Source: Microcystis aeruginosa NIES-2549 | GTDB taxonomy: Bacteria; Cyanobacteriota; Cyanobacteriia; Cyanobacteriales; Microcystaceae | Direction of reading: 5' to 3' | Assembly (NCBI RefSeq): GCF_000981785.2 | Contig: NZ_CP011304.1 | Span: forward strand, 3,600,001-3,632,000 | DNA: 32,000 bases | Part shown: positions 10,677-20,597 of the stretch, piece after piece | How the letters are laid out: each line of letters starts with the position of its first letter | Numbering within the stretch: the first letter of the stretch is position 1 | Made by a program: the position numbers and the translations under genes | The notes under the pieces: generated by a model | The model's database searches: none | What the model saw: the letters and a program-made list of their open reading frames with translations, nothing else | Told to the model about the DNA's origin: nothing

Positions 10677-12581
10677 GTTTCAATCCCTAATAGGGTTTAA
10701 GATTAATTGGAACTAGAGCGTCTAGGAGGGCTGCTTATGGCGTAATCGTTTCAATCCCTAATAGGGTTTAAGATTAATTGGAACACTCGCTAAAGTCTTT
10801 GGGGGGAGATGTAGAAATGTTTCAATCCCTAATAGGGTTTAAGATTAATTGGAACATGGGTTAGTCTGTGGGGATAGTATAGAGAAAACTGGTTTCAATC
10901 CCTAATAGGGTTTAAGATTAATTGGAACACAGACTCAACCTTATCAGCAATCTCAACGGTATTGTTTCAATCCCTAATAGGGTTTAAGATTAATTGGAAC
11001 AAGATCGATCTGATCGAGCGATCATCTTCTTTCTTGTTTCAATCCCTAATAGGGTTTAAGATTAATTGGAACATTTAGTGGAATTGGCTAATCAAGCTGG
11101 TGATGGTTTCAATCCCTAATAGGGTTTAAGATTAATTGGAACTGCGCTTTTGATCTCAATAACTCAGGATTTAATAGGTTTCAATCCCTAATAGGGTTTA
11201 AGATTAATTGGAACGAAACCGAAGATTAATTTTATCAGACTCAAACCTGTTTCAATCCCTAATAGGGTTTAAGATTAATTGGAACTGCCGAAAGGCAAAT
11301 TCGCAACTTTTGCGGATTTGTTTCAATCCCTAATAGGGTTTAAGATTAATTGGAACAAGCTTTCTTTCAGTACCCGGCTCACAAGCCTGAGTTTCAATCC
11401 CTAATAGGGTTTAAGATTAATTGGAACTTATTTGATTCCGATAAGCTATTAGAGCAGTTACAAGTTTCAATCCCTAATAGGGTTTAAGATTAATTGGAAC
11501 CTTCTTGTCTGAGGATACTAAATAATCTAGGTTTTGTTTCAATCCCTAATAGGGTTTAAGATTAATTGGAACAACGGACGCGATCGGAACCGTAACGGGT
11601 GAGGGAATGTTTCAATCCCTAATAGGGTTTAAGATTAATTGGAACAAAAGACAAGCTTTTGGGGACTTGGCAAAAAGCCAAGTTTCAATCCCTAATAGGG
11701 TTTAAGATTAATTGGAACGACTTAAGGCCGTCATGGCAGACCGGGATGTAAATGTTTCAATCCCTAATAGGGTTTAAGATTAATTGGAACGCATTAGATG
11801 ATTTACTGCAATCCCTTGAGGGATTGTTTCAATCCCTAATAGGGTTTAAGATTAATTGGAACGCCGTCAAGGCTCAACCCTGCTAACTGGTAAACTCGTT
11901 TCAATCCCTAATAGGGTTTAAGATTAATTGGAACTAGATGGTTTTTTAGGGTGTCTAGAATACTGTTTAGGTTTCAATCCCTAATAGGGTTTAAGATTAA
12001 TTGGAACCCTTCCTTGCTTTAAGCTTGGCAGCGTACTTGTCTGTTTCAATCCCTAATAGGGTTTAAGATTAATTGGAACCTTAATAGCGAGTCACCCTTG
12101 TCGGGGTTAGTCATTGTTTCAATCCCTAATAGGGTTTAAGATTAATTGGAACGGAAATTTCCCCACTGAGAAAGCAGTCCATTAGCGTTTCAATCCCTAA
12201 TAGGGTTTAAGATTAATTGGAACCGTTGACGGCTGCCGTCCGGGAACCGGCGATGAGAGTTTCAATCCCTAATAGGGTTTAAGATTAATTGGAACAGTCT
12301 TCTGGCAATTAGGCCGCGCCCTAAAATTGTGTTTCAATCCCTAATAGGGTTTAAGATTAATTGGAACCCTCACTTTTATACGATTTTATTAATCAATGCC
12401 TAGTTTCAATCCCTAATAGGGTTTAAGATTAATTGGAACAAATTACGGTTTTTTCTGGATCGGCGCGAAGGTTGTTTCAATCCCTAATAGGGTTTAAGAT
12501 TAATTGGAACGAGATCACTTTTACTAATATCCTACTCCAAAAAAGTTTCAATCCCTAATAGGGTTTAAGATTAATTGGAAC
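10677..12581 (-). CRISPR. CRISPR array segment C (leader-proximal): 27 repeats
   Basis: Same 37-nt repeat, first at 10677 and last at 12545-12581. Spacers are 33-36 nt. It lies adjacent to the leader and cas2. Confidence 0.97.
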
Positions 12582-12814
12582 CGCCCAGTGGTAAAAGCCA
12601 TACGCTATGGGATTTTCAAGGTTCGTATGCGCCGCACCTGCAATAAACCAATCATACAGCAAGTGACCCAGTTCTTCAAGACCCCGCAAAACCTTACGGG
12701 ATAAGGTGCGCCCCGCGTTGGAAAGGAAAATCATCTCGAATCTATATTCCATAAGCTTTTCAGCCACCACATAATAGTTAAGAATTTTTACAGCTACCCA
12801 GAAGCGCAACCGAG
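12582..12814 (-). promoter_or_regulatory. CRISPR leader with a candidate sigma70-type promoter (-35 TTGAAG 12679..12674, 17-nt spacer, -10 TATGAT 12656..12651)
   Basis: Non-coding 233 nt between the cas2 stop and the first repeat. The promoter hexamers were read on the minus strand, and the predicted start lies about 60-65 nt upstream of the first repeat. Confidence 0.4.
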
Positions 12815-13087
12815 CTAAACAAAAAAAATTGTATTATCCCGGGGTAACTCACCACCGATGCGTTCAACTTTACCCCGACAACAGGCACAGAGAAAATAAA
12901 AGCGGATGCTATCGGTATCGGGTTTGATCAACTTACTCAAGCGCCCGCGCAGCTTAGCGTACTGGGTATCGGTTAGATCGCACTCAAAAACACTATACTG
13001 CACCCGTTGGCCGTAGGACTTTAACGTATTGTGAATTTTGGTTCGTCGCTTATCATCGGAAATGTCGTAACTGATAACAAAATACAT
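12815..13087 (-). CDS. cas2: CRISPR-associated endoribonuclease Cas2
   Basis: 90 aa. MYFVISYDISDDKRRTKI..YSVFEC is a canonical Cas2 N-terminus, and the gene is adjacent to cas1 and the leader. Confidence 0.95.
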   Translation of the reverse strand: MYFVISYDISDDKRRTKIHNTLKSYGQRVQYSVFECDLTDTQYAKLRGRLSKLIKPDTDSIRFYFLCACCRGKVERIGGELPRDNTIFFV

Positions 13088-13099
13088 GACCGCCTCTAC

Positions 13100-14104
13100 C
13101 TACTTTAAAATCAAAGGTGGATACTTATCCGTCTCGTCCATCAGATATTTCGCCATTAGTCGGGCCTGAATCTCGAAAGCTTCTTGATAAGTACACTGTT
13201 TACTCATTACCGGATGCTTAAACTTGGATTGTTTCTTCTGTTCGTACAAGCGCAGGAAAATCTGTAATCCCTCTCTCGTCAAGGAAACCGCACCGCTTAA
13301 GGGTTCGGTGGTGAAATGTTCGGGGGTAAGATAAGGATGATTGACCCCATTGAGAACCACGGCATCAACGACGATCGCTCTAAATTCTTCCATCAGATCC
13401 AGTGCCAGCGAGGGGCGACCGTAGCGTTGATAGTGAAGATAACCGAGATAGGGGTCAAAACCGACCAAATTGATCGCACTCTGCACGTCATGGCGCAATA
13501 ACGCATAACCCAGACTCAAAAGAGAATTGACCGGATCTCGCGGGGGGCGACGGTTACGCGAGGCAAAGGTAAAAGTATCGCCGAGAATTAAGGAATCAAA
13601 ACAACTGAAATAGGCTGCGCTTCCCGCTCCCTCTAACCCCCGGAGAGAATCGATCGCCGAGGTTGTTTCGATCGAGCCGATCGCTGCTTCCAGACAAGCG
13701 ATCGCCGTTTGTAAATCCAACTCTTTTCGATCGCGTTGACGACGGAGTAGAATGTTGCGGTAATTCTTCAGCTTGCCGCGGACGAATCCCCGCACTAAAT
13801 GAATGGCTTTCGGGGAATCGCCGGCGGCCTGCCATTGCGCTCGACGAACGAAAATATTTTTGGTCATCTCTGGTTCCAATCTACCGAGATAGCGTCCGGT
13901 GGATGTGACGAAACTCAGGGGAATATGACGTTCGAGCAGTTCGATCACCAAAGCTGGGGATAGCGAACCGCGACCAAATAAAACCACCCCATCAACATTT
14001 AATAAAGGAACATCGAGGATCGTTTCTTTGGATGCTTTGACCGTTAAACGCTCGTCATTTTTGCCGAGAAATGCGTCTTCTCTCGTCACATATACCGTTC
14101 CCAT
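13100..14104 (-). CDS. cas1: CRISPR-associated integrase Cas1
   Basis: 334 aa with Cas1-like motifs (..NSLLSLGYALL.., ..LDLMEEFR..). It sits between cas4 and cas2. Confidence 0.95.
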   Translation of the reverse strand: MGTVYVTREDAFLGKNDERLTVKASKETILDVPLLNVDGVVLFGRGSLSPALVIELLERHIPLSFVTSTGRYLGRLEPEMTKNIFVRRAQWQAAGDSPKAIHLVRGFVRGKLKNYRNILLRRQRDRKELDLQTAIACLEAAIGSIETTSAIDSLRGLEGAGSAAYFSCFDSLILGDTFTFASRNRRPPRDPVNSLLSLGYALLRHDVQSAINLVGFDPYLGYLHYQRYGRPSLALDLMEEFRAIVVDAVVLNGVNHPYLTPEHFTTEPLSGAVSLTREGLQIFLRLYEQKKQSKFKHPVMSKQCTYQEAFEIQARLMAKYLMDETDKYPPLILK

Positions 14105-14109
14105 ATTTT

Positions 14110-14703
14110 TTAGTCTTCCTCTTGATATCGTTGGACTTTTTCAGTTAATCGAGGCAAGCAGCGATCAAACAAACTGCATCCCTTGCAGCGGGGTGAATAG
14201 ACCGCCGGGGGCATTTTTCCCGTCTGGATCAGGGTTTCAACTGCTCGGATCGTAGCGATCGCCCGTTGCCGTAGAGCAAGATCGATCGCCACCGGTTGAC
14301 GCTGGTGAGAACTGGCATAGTAGATATAGCCAGTATCTAGCCTTTTTCCCGTCATTTCTTCCAAACAGATGGCTTGAGCGCACACCTGCAACTCGTCGTT
14401 ATCCCATTCGCCCTTACTGCCCCGTTTGTATTCCACGGGGATAAATTCGCCGTCGTGGGACTCGATCAGATCGGCTTTACCGATGAGACGGTAATTATCT
14501 GATTTAAGCCAGATCGCCCGAATTTGCCATATTTCCTCGCGGTTTCCCGCCCCAACGGTGTGAACTCGTTCGTGTAAATTTGTTCCCTCGATCGTGTAGC
14601 TATTATTAAGAAATTCCCCGGCGACGAACATCCGCCAACAACGGTGGGGACAGTAGGCGTAATGGTTGAGGGCGGCGATCGGTATGTAATCAGATTCATC
14701 CAT
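14110..14703 (-). CDS. cas4: CRISPR-associated exonuclease Cas4 (RecB-like, 4-Cys)
   Basis: 197 aa with an N-terminal YCPHRCW cysteine, C-terminal CKGCSLFDRC cysteines and a PD-(D/E)xK core. It lies immediately upstream of cas1. Confidence 0.9.
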   Translation of the reverse strand: MDESDYIPIAALNHYAYCPHRCWRMFVAGEFLNNSYTIEGTNLHERVHTVGAGNREEIWQIRAIWLKSDNYRLIGKADLIESHDGEFIPVEYKRGSKGEWDNDELQVCAQAICLEEMTGKRLDTGYIYYASSHQRQPVAIDLALRQRAIATIRAVETLIQTGKMPPAVYSPRCKGCSLFDRCLPRLTEKVQRYQEED

Positions 14704-14705
14704 AA

Positions 14706-15539
14706 CTATCTTTTATCTTTAGAAATTCTGCGAGTCATCCCCATTCCCATCGTGGTTTTCCGTCCCACTCCTGCATAGAGGGCAAAGTCCGCCAGTGCAT
14801 TAATCGCTTTAATCTTTGCGGGTTCCACCTCTCCCAAAAGACGATAGTGAATCTCGCCCACACAACCGATCGACTGGTTTTTATAGGCTTCATCGGTTAA
14901 TTTCGTTTGAATATCGAAGAAACTGGGAAAAATCGACTCTAGGGCAATAGAATCGAAGGAGATACCGCTATAGCGATTCCAACGACTGAGAAGGCTATTA
15001 AACACCAGTTCCCGCGTCGGTAAGGCACTATCGAATTTTCCCTGCCGGAAGGTGACGGGGGTAGCGAAAAGGAAATCAAATTCCCGATTCGTTTCCGAGG
15101 CGTTTTCATACAGGTATTGATAAGTACAAGAGTTCGCCCAGGGTTGAACCGATTGCGGGGTGGCGAGGACACTGGTGATAACCAGATCGGCGGAACCGAG
15201 ATGCCAGGGTTGTTTTGGATTGAGATTCAACCAGAGCGGGGTTAATTTACCGAATAATCGGTCATCGAGCAGAGAAATCCGCCACCAGCAGGGAGTTTCG
15301 GGCGCGATCTCCCGTTCGTGTCGCCAGCGTGGGAAATTTATTGTTTTTCTCCTGGACTGCATCTGTAGTGGCGATAAGGTAAAGGCTTTATCCGCATCCG
15401 ATGCGTGTAGAATGTTCCCTAATTCCTGATCGACACTACTGACAAGGGTAAGGAATAGCGCATGAAGGTGTCGTCCGGTGAGAAAATTCGGATAGATCGG
15501 CGATCGGGGTGTGAGATTAAGAACGAGACTATAGGGCAT
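14706..15539 (-). CDS. cas6: CRISPR repeat endoribonuclease Cas6
   Basis: 277 aa with the C-terminal glycine-rich loop GVGRKTTMGMGM typical of Cas6. The start ATG overlaps the upstream stop (TAATG). Confidence 0.85.
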   Translation of the reverse strand: MPYSLVLNLTPRSPIYPNFLTGRHLHALFLTLVSSVDQELGNILHASDADKAFTLSPLQMQSRRKTINFPRWRHEREIAPETPCWWRISLLDDRLFGKLTPLWLNLNPKQPWHLGSADLVITSVLATPQSVQPWANSCTYQYLYENASETNREFDFLFATPVTFRQGKFDSALPTRELVFNSLLSRWNRYSGISFDSIALESIFPSFFDIQTKLTDEAYKNQSIGCVGEIHYRLLGEVEPAKIKAINALADFALYAGVGRKTTMGMGMTRRISKDKR

Positions 15540-16126
15540 TAACTTAATCGGGCCTTGGCAAAAATTTGTCCGGGGGTTAGGGTTAAATCGGGGAGGAGAA
15601 TATCGCTCATCTCGTCATCGCCTTTTTTAATCGCCGGGGGTGCATCGGGATAGAAAATTGTGATCTGCTTGGCCTGGGGATCGACGATCCAGACGCGACT
15701 GACTCCCGCTTTTAGGTAGTCCACGGCTTTTTCGCTCAGGCTGCTGAAAGATTGTTCCGGAGAAATAATTTCGATGACTAATTCCGGGGGAACGGGACAA
15801 GCTTCATCGGTGAGGGTAATATCTCCTAACCTTTCTGGGGAAATGTAGAGGAGATCGGGAACGGGACACCAATCCCGATCGTTTTTGCTTAGGACGATCG
15901 CCCATTCGATTCCCACTTCTCCCCGTCCTTGATTCCAGCGATCGAGTAGGAGAAATAAAGCACCGGTTAAACGAGAATGAAAGAATTTCGGTGACATTTT
16001 CGGGATCGCTTCTCCATCGACTAATTCATAGGTAATATCGCCATCGGGAGGGGTTAGTGAGAGAAATTCCGGTAAAGTGAGGGATTTAGAAGAGATAAGA
16101 GTCATGGTATATAGTGTAGTGAACAT
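15539..16126 (-). CDS. Uma2-family (DUF820) PD-(D/E)xK putative endonuclease embedded in the cas operon
   Basis: 195 aa with YELVDGE.., ..PDLLYIS.., ..PELVIEIISPE.. and ..YLKAGVSRVWIVDP.. motifs, as in the cyanobacterial Uma2 family. Its stop overlaps the cas6 start by 1 nt. Confidence 0.8.
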   Translation of the reverse strand: MFTTLYTMTLISSKSLTLPEFLSLTPPDGDITYELVDGEAIPKMSPKFFHSRLTGALFLLLDRWNQGRGEVGIEWAIVLSKNDRDWCPVPDLLYISPERLGDITLTDEACPVPPELVIEIISPEQSFSSLSEKAVDYLKAGVSRVWIVDPQAKQITIFYPDAPPAIKKGDDEMSDILLPDLTLTPGQIFAKARLS

Positions 16127-16145
16127 ATCCCGCGCCAGATAAAAA

Positions 16146-18881
16146 TCAATCTTGTGTTAGAGCAGAAGTGTAGTTAATAACTACTGATCTATCCTTTGTG
16201 GGGTTATACTGAAGTCTTTCTTGATAGCCATTTGATCTCCATTTAATAAAAACTCCGGGCAAGTCTTTAAACCCTAATTCATGATCGTAGGAATAAGGCT
16301 CAAAAGAATCAGATATGGCTCCCTCCTGAACTGCACAGACTTTGATCACCAGTTCTTTACTGTATGCACATCCCCAATATTTTAAAGGTTCTAACTTATA
16401 TCGAGTTTCTTCCTTGTCGTAAATCCATTCGTACACAGACACATTAGCGTATTGATTTGTGTAATTTCCTTCATTATTCTTTTTCAAGATTAAACGATCA
16501 ATAGAGACTTGAATTTGAGGAGATTCTTTGACAATTTTTTCTAAACTATCACCCTGCTTACCGTCATCATATACCAAGGTAACGGATGGAGTCCAGCTAC
16601 GGGTGATTACTAATCCTTTTTCATGAGCAGATTGACAAGTGAGATCGGCATTATAAACATAGTCTTGCAACAGGGAAAAAAGCTCAACAACTCGATAATC
16701 ATCAATTGTCTGTTTTGTAGAAACACAATTCATGATCGCTTTCGGATCAAAGTTTTGATCGTGCAAACCCTTAAGAATTGTTTTATAATTCTCTAGTTCT
16801 GCCTCGCTTAAAGTATTAACAAATTCAGGAATATTATTGCCAATAACAATGATTTTTGCATCTTCAACATTACCTTTCCGATTGCAACGTCCCGCTCGTT
16901 GAATTAAACTTTCTGGGTTACACAGTTGAGTAATCAAACGGGTACTATTTAAATCACAACCAACTTCGATCGCACTGGTAGTAACCAGAATATAAGCTTG
17001 GTCATTTTCATCTCTCTCTTTTAATCTTTGATAAAGATTGGTTCGAGAATAATGGGAAGTTTTGGGAATATCTGACAAACGACCATGATAGAGAAACAAA
17101 AATTCTTTTTTTTCTGAAAATTTAATGTTTAATGTCTGTTTTATTTTTTCATAAATTGCTATCGCATCTTTAACAGTTTCTACAGAAACGATGATACGAT
17201 GGCTTGGGTTAGAGTTCCATTCTTCAAGTGCTATTGAGGTCAACTTTTGTTGTAAATTTGTTGGTTCTTCGTAAAATTCAAACTGTTTTAAATTAGAATA
17301 GTCTTGCTTCAAAATTTGCTGATAAAAATTATTTAGCTTCTCTAGATTGTCCTGAACATCAATGTAATCGATCATGTTATCCGCAAGATAATCGAATCTT
17401 TCCAGATGATTTTGTGATAAAGTTGCCGTCATTAAAACAAGCGAGCATCCTGCTTCATACAAAGCTTTAACCAAACTGCAAAAGTTAGTAAACGAAATAT
17501 CATCATAGGTATGAGCTTCATCAAAACAAATCAGTGTATTACCATGATAAATTCGATAGGGAAAGATGAATGATTTTTGCTTATCACCATAGCCAAAGTA
17601 TCGATATATAAATTTATCAATCGTTGTTAAAATAATATCTCCTTTGTATAAATGTCTTCGAGAATTATTGCTAGATTTAACTTCTCCATCTAGATAAACA
17701 TATCGATTCATTTCGGTTCCTGTATCTATCACCAAAGACACTTCACGTCCTTTGTGTAGGAGTGAAAATTGTTTTAAATATTTATCGCATCTCTGTTTTT
17801 GATCTTCTAACAAACTTCGTGCAGGTAGGGGTATAATCAGGCGAGGTCTATCTTCTTTTGTAGATAGCATAGCTAAAAAGGGAATAATAATCGCTTCAAA
17901 TTTTCCCGCTCCTGTAGGAGCTTTAAGTATAAAAGCTGGATGCTGGTTTTTAACCATCGTTTGAAACACTTCCTCCTGCATTGGATTAGGTTGAAAATTC
18001 GCTAATTCTTCATACCACCAAAAAATTGCATTTTCTGATTTTTCTGATGGGGAATAAGTGTTTGAATTATCAGGTTTGATAATGGCAGTAATTGCTCTAT
18101 CTTCACTGATTGTATGTTCGTTTTTTTTCCACCACTCTTTAACAAGAGTATTCAATTTACTTCCTAATTCTTTATCTTTTCGGTTTTCGTGTAATTGTTG
18201 GAGTTGATTTTTATCCTCGTCTGACAAGTTATATGTCCACGAACGAAAATTTAAAGTGATAGTTGGTTCTTTAAAAGGATAGGGATCGAGATAAAAAACA
18301 CGGTGGTTGCTATCTTCGGATGTACCTTTAGTTATTGTAAAATCCATAAATGTGCGAGATTTTGCCTGTTCGTCGTCTCCAATGACACGACAAGCTAATT
18401 CCGCTTCAATTTGATCGCACATTTCCAAAATATAAAGTTCTTTGGCGTATTGTAAGGGGTCTTTAGAGAAAATCTTCTGATATTCAGTATCTTTTTTTAA
18501 TTGATAGGTATCCTTGATAATTTCCTTAGTTGAATAGTCATGATGTCCTCTCGCTAGAGCCTGCACCCAAAGATTTTGTGGGTTATCTACTTTAAATCGA
18601 TGCCCTTTAAATGAATAAGTATATTTTGTAAACTCTCCCTGTTTATTAGTTTCAACGCGAATCTTGAAAGTTTGTGGTTTAGCTTTGTCGTGTAAATTGA
18701 TTCCTTCAATAACTCGTTCTAGAGAAAAGTTGCCATCTTGCCATTTTCTGGCTAATTGTCTAACATTACCTACATGATTACCCAGGGGTTGAAAAAGAAT
18801 TTTATCAGGAGCAATTGTAGGTTCGCCTGGAAAAAACACGCGGCCGAATTTGAAAAAAGGTTGAGGGTTAGATTTAGACAT
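16146..18881 (-). CDS. cas3: Cas3 helicase-nuclease with an N-terminal HD domain
   Basis: SF2 helicase motifs APTGAGKF, FDEAH, MTATLS, VTTSAIEVGCD and QRAGRCNR. N-terminal HD pattern, numbered from MSKSNPQ: H36, H64-D65-x2-K68 (NLHDKAKPQTF), H94, H113-H114 (GHHD), D156. ATG 18881 overlaps the cas5 stop by 8 nt and is preferred over the track's 18911. Confidence 0.9.
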   Translation of the reverse strand: MSKSNPQPFFKFGRVFFPGEPTIAPDKILFQPLGNHVGNVRQLARKWQDGNFSLERVIEGINLHDKAKPQTFKIRVETNKQGEFTKYTYSFKGHRFKVDNPQNLWVQALARGHHDYSTKEIIKDTYQLKKDTEYQKIFSKDPLQYAKELYILEMCDQIEAELACRVIGDDEQAKSRTFMDFTITKGTSEDSNHRVFYLDPYPFKEPTITLNFRSWTYNLSDEDKNQLQQLHENRKDKELGSKLNTLVKEWWKKNEHTISEDRAITAIIKPDNSNTYSPSEKSENAIFWWYEELANFQPNPMQEEVFQTMVKNQHPAFILKAPTGAGKFEAIIIPFLAMLSTKEDRPRLIIPLPARSLLEDQKQRCDKYLKQFSLLHKGREVSLVIDTGTEMNRYVYLDGEVKSSNNSRRHLYKGDIILTTIDKFIYRYFGYGDKQKSFIFPYRIYHGNTLICFDEAHTYDDISFTNFCSLVKALYEAGCSLVLMTATLSQNHLERFDYLADNMIDYIDVQDNLEKLNNFYQQILKQDYSNLKQFEFYEEPTNLQQKLTSIALEEWNSNPSHRIIVSVETVKDAIAIYEKIKQTLNIKFSEKKEFLFLYHGRLSDIPKTSHYSRTNLYQRLKERDENDQAYILVTTSAIEVGCDLNSTRLITQLCNPESLIQRAGRCNRKGNVEDAKIIVIGNNIPEFVNTLSEAELENYKTILKGLHDQNFDPKAIMNCVSTKQTIDDYRVVELFSLLQDYVYNADLTCQSAHEKGLVITRSWTPSVTLVYDDGKQGDSLEKIVKESPQIQVSIDRLILKKNNEGNYTNQYANVSVYEWIYDKEETRYKLEPLKYWGCAYSKELVIKVCAVQEGAISDSFEPYSYDHELGFKDLPGVFIKWRSNGYQERLQYNPTKDRSVVINYTSALTQD

Positions 18882-19698
18882 TAATTGATTCTCTTTGTAA
18901 AAGTTCCACAAGTGCTACAGGAATCTGAAGATTTCCATCCGTATAGAAATCTAAAGTGGGTAAAGGATGGGCTTTTTCGGGATAGTAAGCGGCAACAAAG
19001 GGGATAAAACCATTAATAGGAGATCGCTCTGTATCGAACAATCCCTTATCTTCATCTTGAGTCTGATCTGCTGACCATTCATGACGATAGAGATTATAAA
19101 TATCACAACGATTGATACAAGGATTTCGCTGTATTAAAGCTTCCATTGGAACAACAGTTGACGGGTGAGCGGAAAGAATCTTTCTTTGGAGTCGTATAGA
19201 TTCAGATACCTCGTCAATCACCGCAAATCCTTCCTTACCAATTTTACATCCGACTCCTTGTAGGTTAGAAAATGCCTCTAGACTGGACTTAGATTCGCTT
19301 ACAACATAGCCGATTAACTCCTCAGCGATAAAATATTCCCAAGTGTGTAACTGAAAGTTTTCTCGATCGCCATCAATGTATAGTCTAGAAAAAACATCAT
19401 GGTTAAACGATCGAGTTCCTTTGCGATGAGTACGATGGACTCCAGACCATTTATCTAGGACTGGATAGGCTCCTAACGCTATATACTGACGAGGTAGGGT
19501 GAAATAAGGCGGATTTTCCTTGTTAATGCTGGTTTCAGGGATATCTAATCCCTCGCTTAACATTACTATCCGTCGGAGAAACCCAGAAAAAGTAGTCGGT
19601 GGGACGAAGGGATAAGTGGCGATATTGAGAATCGATCCAGGCAGTATGCGAAATGTCATCGCCGCCGTTGGGATAATCTTAAAGGTCAGGCAATACAT
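18874..19698 (-). CDS. cas5: Cas5 (Csc1-like) Cascade subunit
   Basis: 274 aa. The N-terminal ..TYPFVPPTTFSGFLRRI.. matches the Cas5 RAMP signature. It lies between cas7 and cas3, with a 3-nt gap to the cas7 stop. Confidence 0.75.
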   Translation of the reverse strand: MYCLTFKIIPTAAMTFRILPGSILNIATYPFVPPTTFSGFLRRIVMLSEGLDIPETSINKENPPYFTLPRQYIALGAYPVLDKWSGVHRTHRKGTRSFNHDVFSRLYIDGDRENFQLHTWEYFIAEELIGYVVSESKSSLEAFSNLQGVGCKIGKEGFAVIDEVSESIRLQRKILSAHPSTVVPMEALIQRNPCINRCDIYNLYRHEWSADQTQDEDKGLFDTERSPINGFIPFVAAYYPEKAHPLPTLDFYTDGNLQIPVALVELLQRESINV

Positions 19699-19701
19699 GA
19701 T

Positions 19702-20595
19702 TTATGCTTGTAAAACTGTATCGACGAATATTGCGGAGTATTCTTGCAATTTGGCTAACGCTTCATTGCCTATCCAGCGATCGAAGTGCGCTTCTTGAAT
19801 ATGATTAGTGAAATTAGTTTCAGGATACAGTGCCAAATAAAGGAAATCATTGATCGCCTTTTGCGGGTCGGTTTCCGAGGGAGAAACGATTGGACGCTTC
19901 CCTCTAGGAGATAAATATCTATCCAAAACCAGAAGCGGGGTACGATCGTCCGTTTCCGCGATAGCAATTCCTTTCGGATTTCCTGAACCTATGCGAGGTA
20001 ATGAATCTAAGAAAGCATAAGCCACAGCTGAAAAGTCTTGATCGGTGATACTCAGAGCGTGGTTATAAACGGGATAGAGAATGCCGGGTTGATTGTATTC
20101 TCGTCTAAAAGGTGTGGGAGTTTCATCATTTCGATTGACCAATAAAGCGGGGTGCATTGCTCGTTGTTTTTCGACCGGGTAAATCTCTTGTATGGCAACA
20201 CCTCCACCATGAGTTACCCGACCGATTAAAGTCCGTTTTCCTGGATCGAGTGCGCCAAATGTAGCACAAATCGGACAAGTGGGTTCAGCACAGGTTTTGG
20301 GAATTCCGCAGTTTTGTTTATCTCCTAGCAGTTCTCCACTTTTCACAGGAGACCATAGTAAACAACGTCGTTCAACTCCTCGCCGTTTGGTCGGAGAAAT
20401 ATAACATTTTTCAATTTCTTTACCATCTTTTGTACTCAGTTTAACGATTTCAACTAAGTTAACATTAACCTGTACTTCATGTCCTAGGTAAAGCTCTTGA
20501 GAGCCTTCGAGAATGGCATAAATATCAAAATGCAATCTAGGTTTATTAGCATCAGTCTTAGGTAGTCCAGTCGTCACTTTAGATTCGGTAGCCAT
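19702..20595 (-). CDS. cas7: Cas7 (Csc2-like) Cascade backbone subunit
   Basis: 297 aa in the position directly after the large subunit, with an AAGGAG SD inside the upstream gene's end. It has a Cys cluster CAEPTCPICATFG. The family assignment rests on context and a remembered resemblance to Csc2, and it needs an HMM check. Confidence 0.7.
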   Translation of the reverse strand: MATESKVTTGLPKTDANKPRLHFDIYAILEGSQELYLGHEVQVNVNLVEIVKLSTKDGKEIEKCYISPTKRRGVERRCLLWSPVKSGELLGDKQNCGIPKTCAEPTCPICATFGALDPGKRTLIGRVTHGGGVAIQEIYPVEKQRAMHPALLVNRNDETPTPFRREYNQPGILYPVYNHALSITDQDFSAVAYAFLDSLPRIGSGNPKGIAIAETDDRTPLLVLDRYLSPRGKRPIVSPSETDPQKAINDFLYLALYPETNFTNHIQEAHFDRWIGNEALAKLQEYSAIFVDTVLQA

Positions 20596-20597
20596 CG

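Noticed and set aside
12555-12809. 84-aa minus-strand ORF between cas2 and the array
   Set aside because: It overlaps the first CRISPR repeat, has no SD and has no recognisable motifs. I interpret the region as the leader.
13316-15429. Several 60-90-aa ORFs overlapping cas1, cas4 and cas6 on both strands (13316-13501, 13596-13835, 13663-13908, 14028-14255, 14466-14699, 14939-15172, 15160-15429)
   Set aside because: All are nested in or antisense to well-supported cas genes in a GC-richer stretch where spurious open frames are expected.
18882-18911. 10-codon N-terminal extension of cas3 (MWNFYKENQL) in the ORF track
   Set aside because: The ATG at 18881 gives the usual short (8-nt) overlap with the cas5 stop. 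The longer form overlaps cas5 by 38 nt without an SD.
19616-19967. Small ORFs 19616-19798 (+) and 19770-19967 (-)
   Set aside because: They overlap the cas5/cas7 junction and the cas7 coding frame, so they are shadow ORFs.
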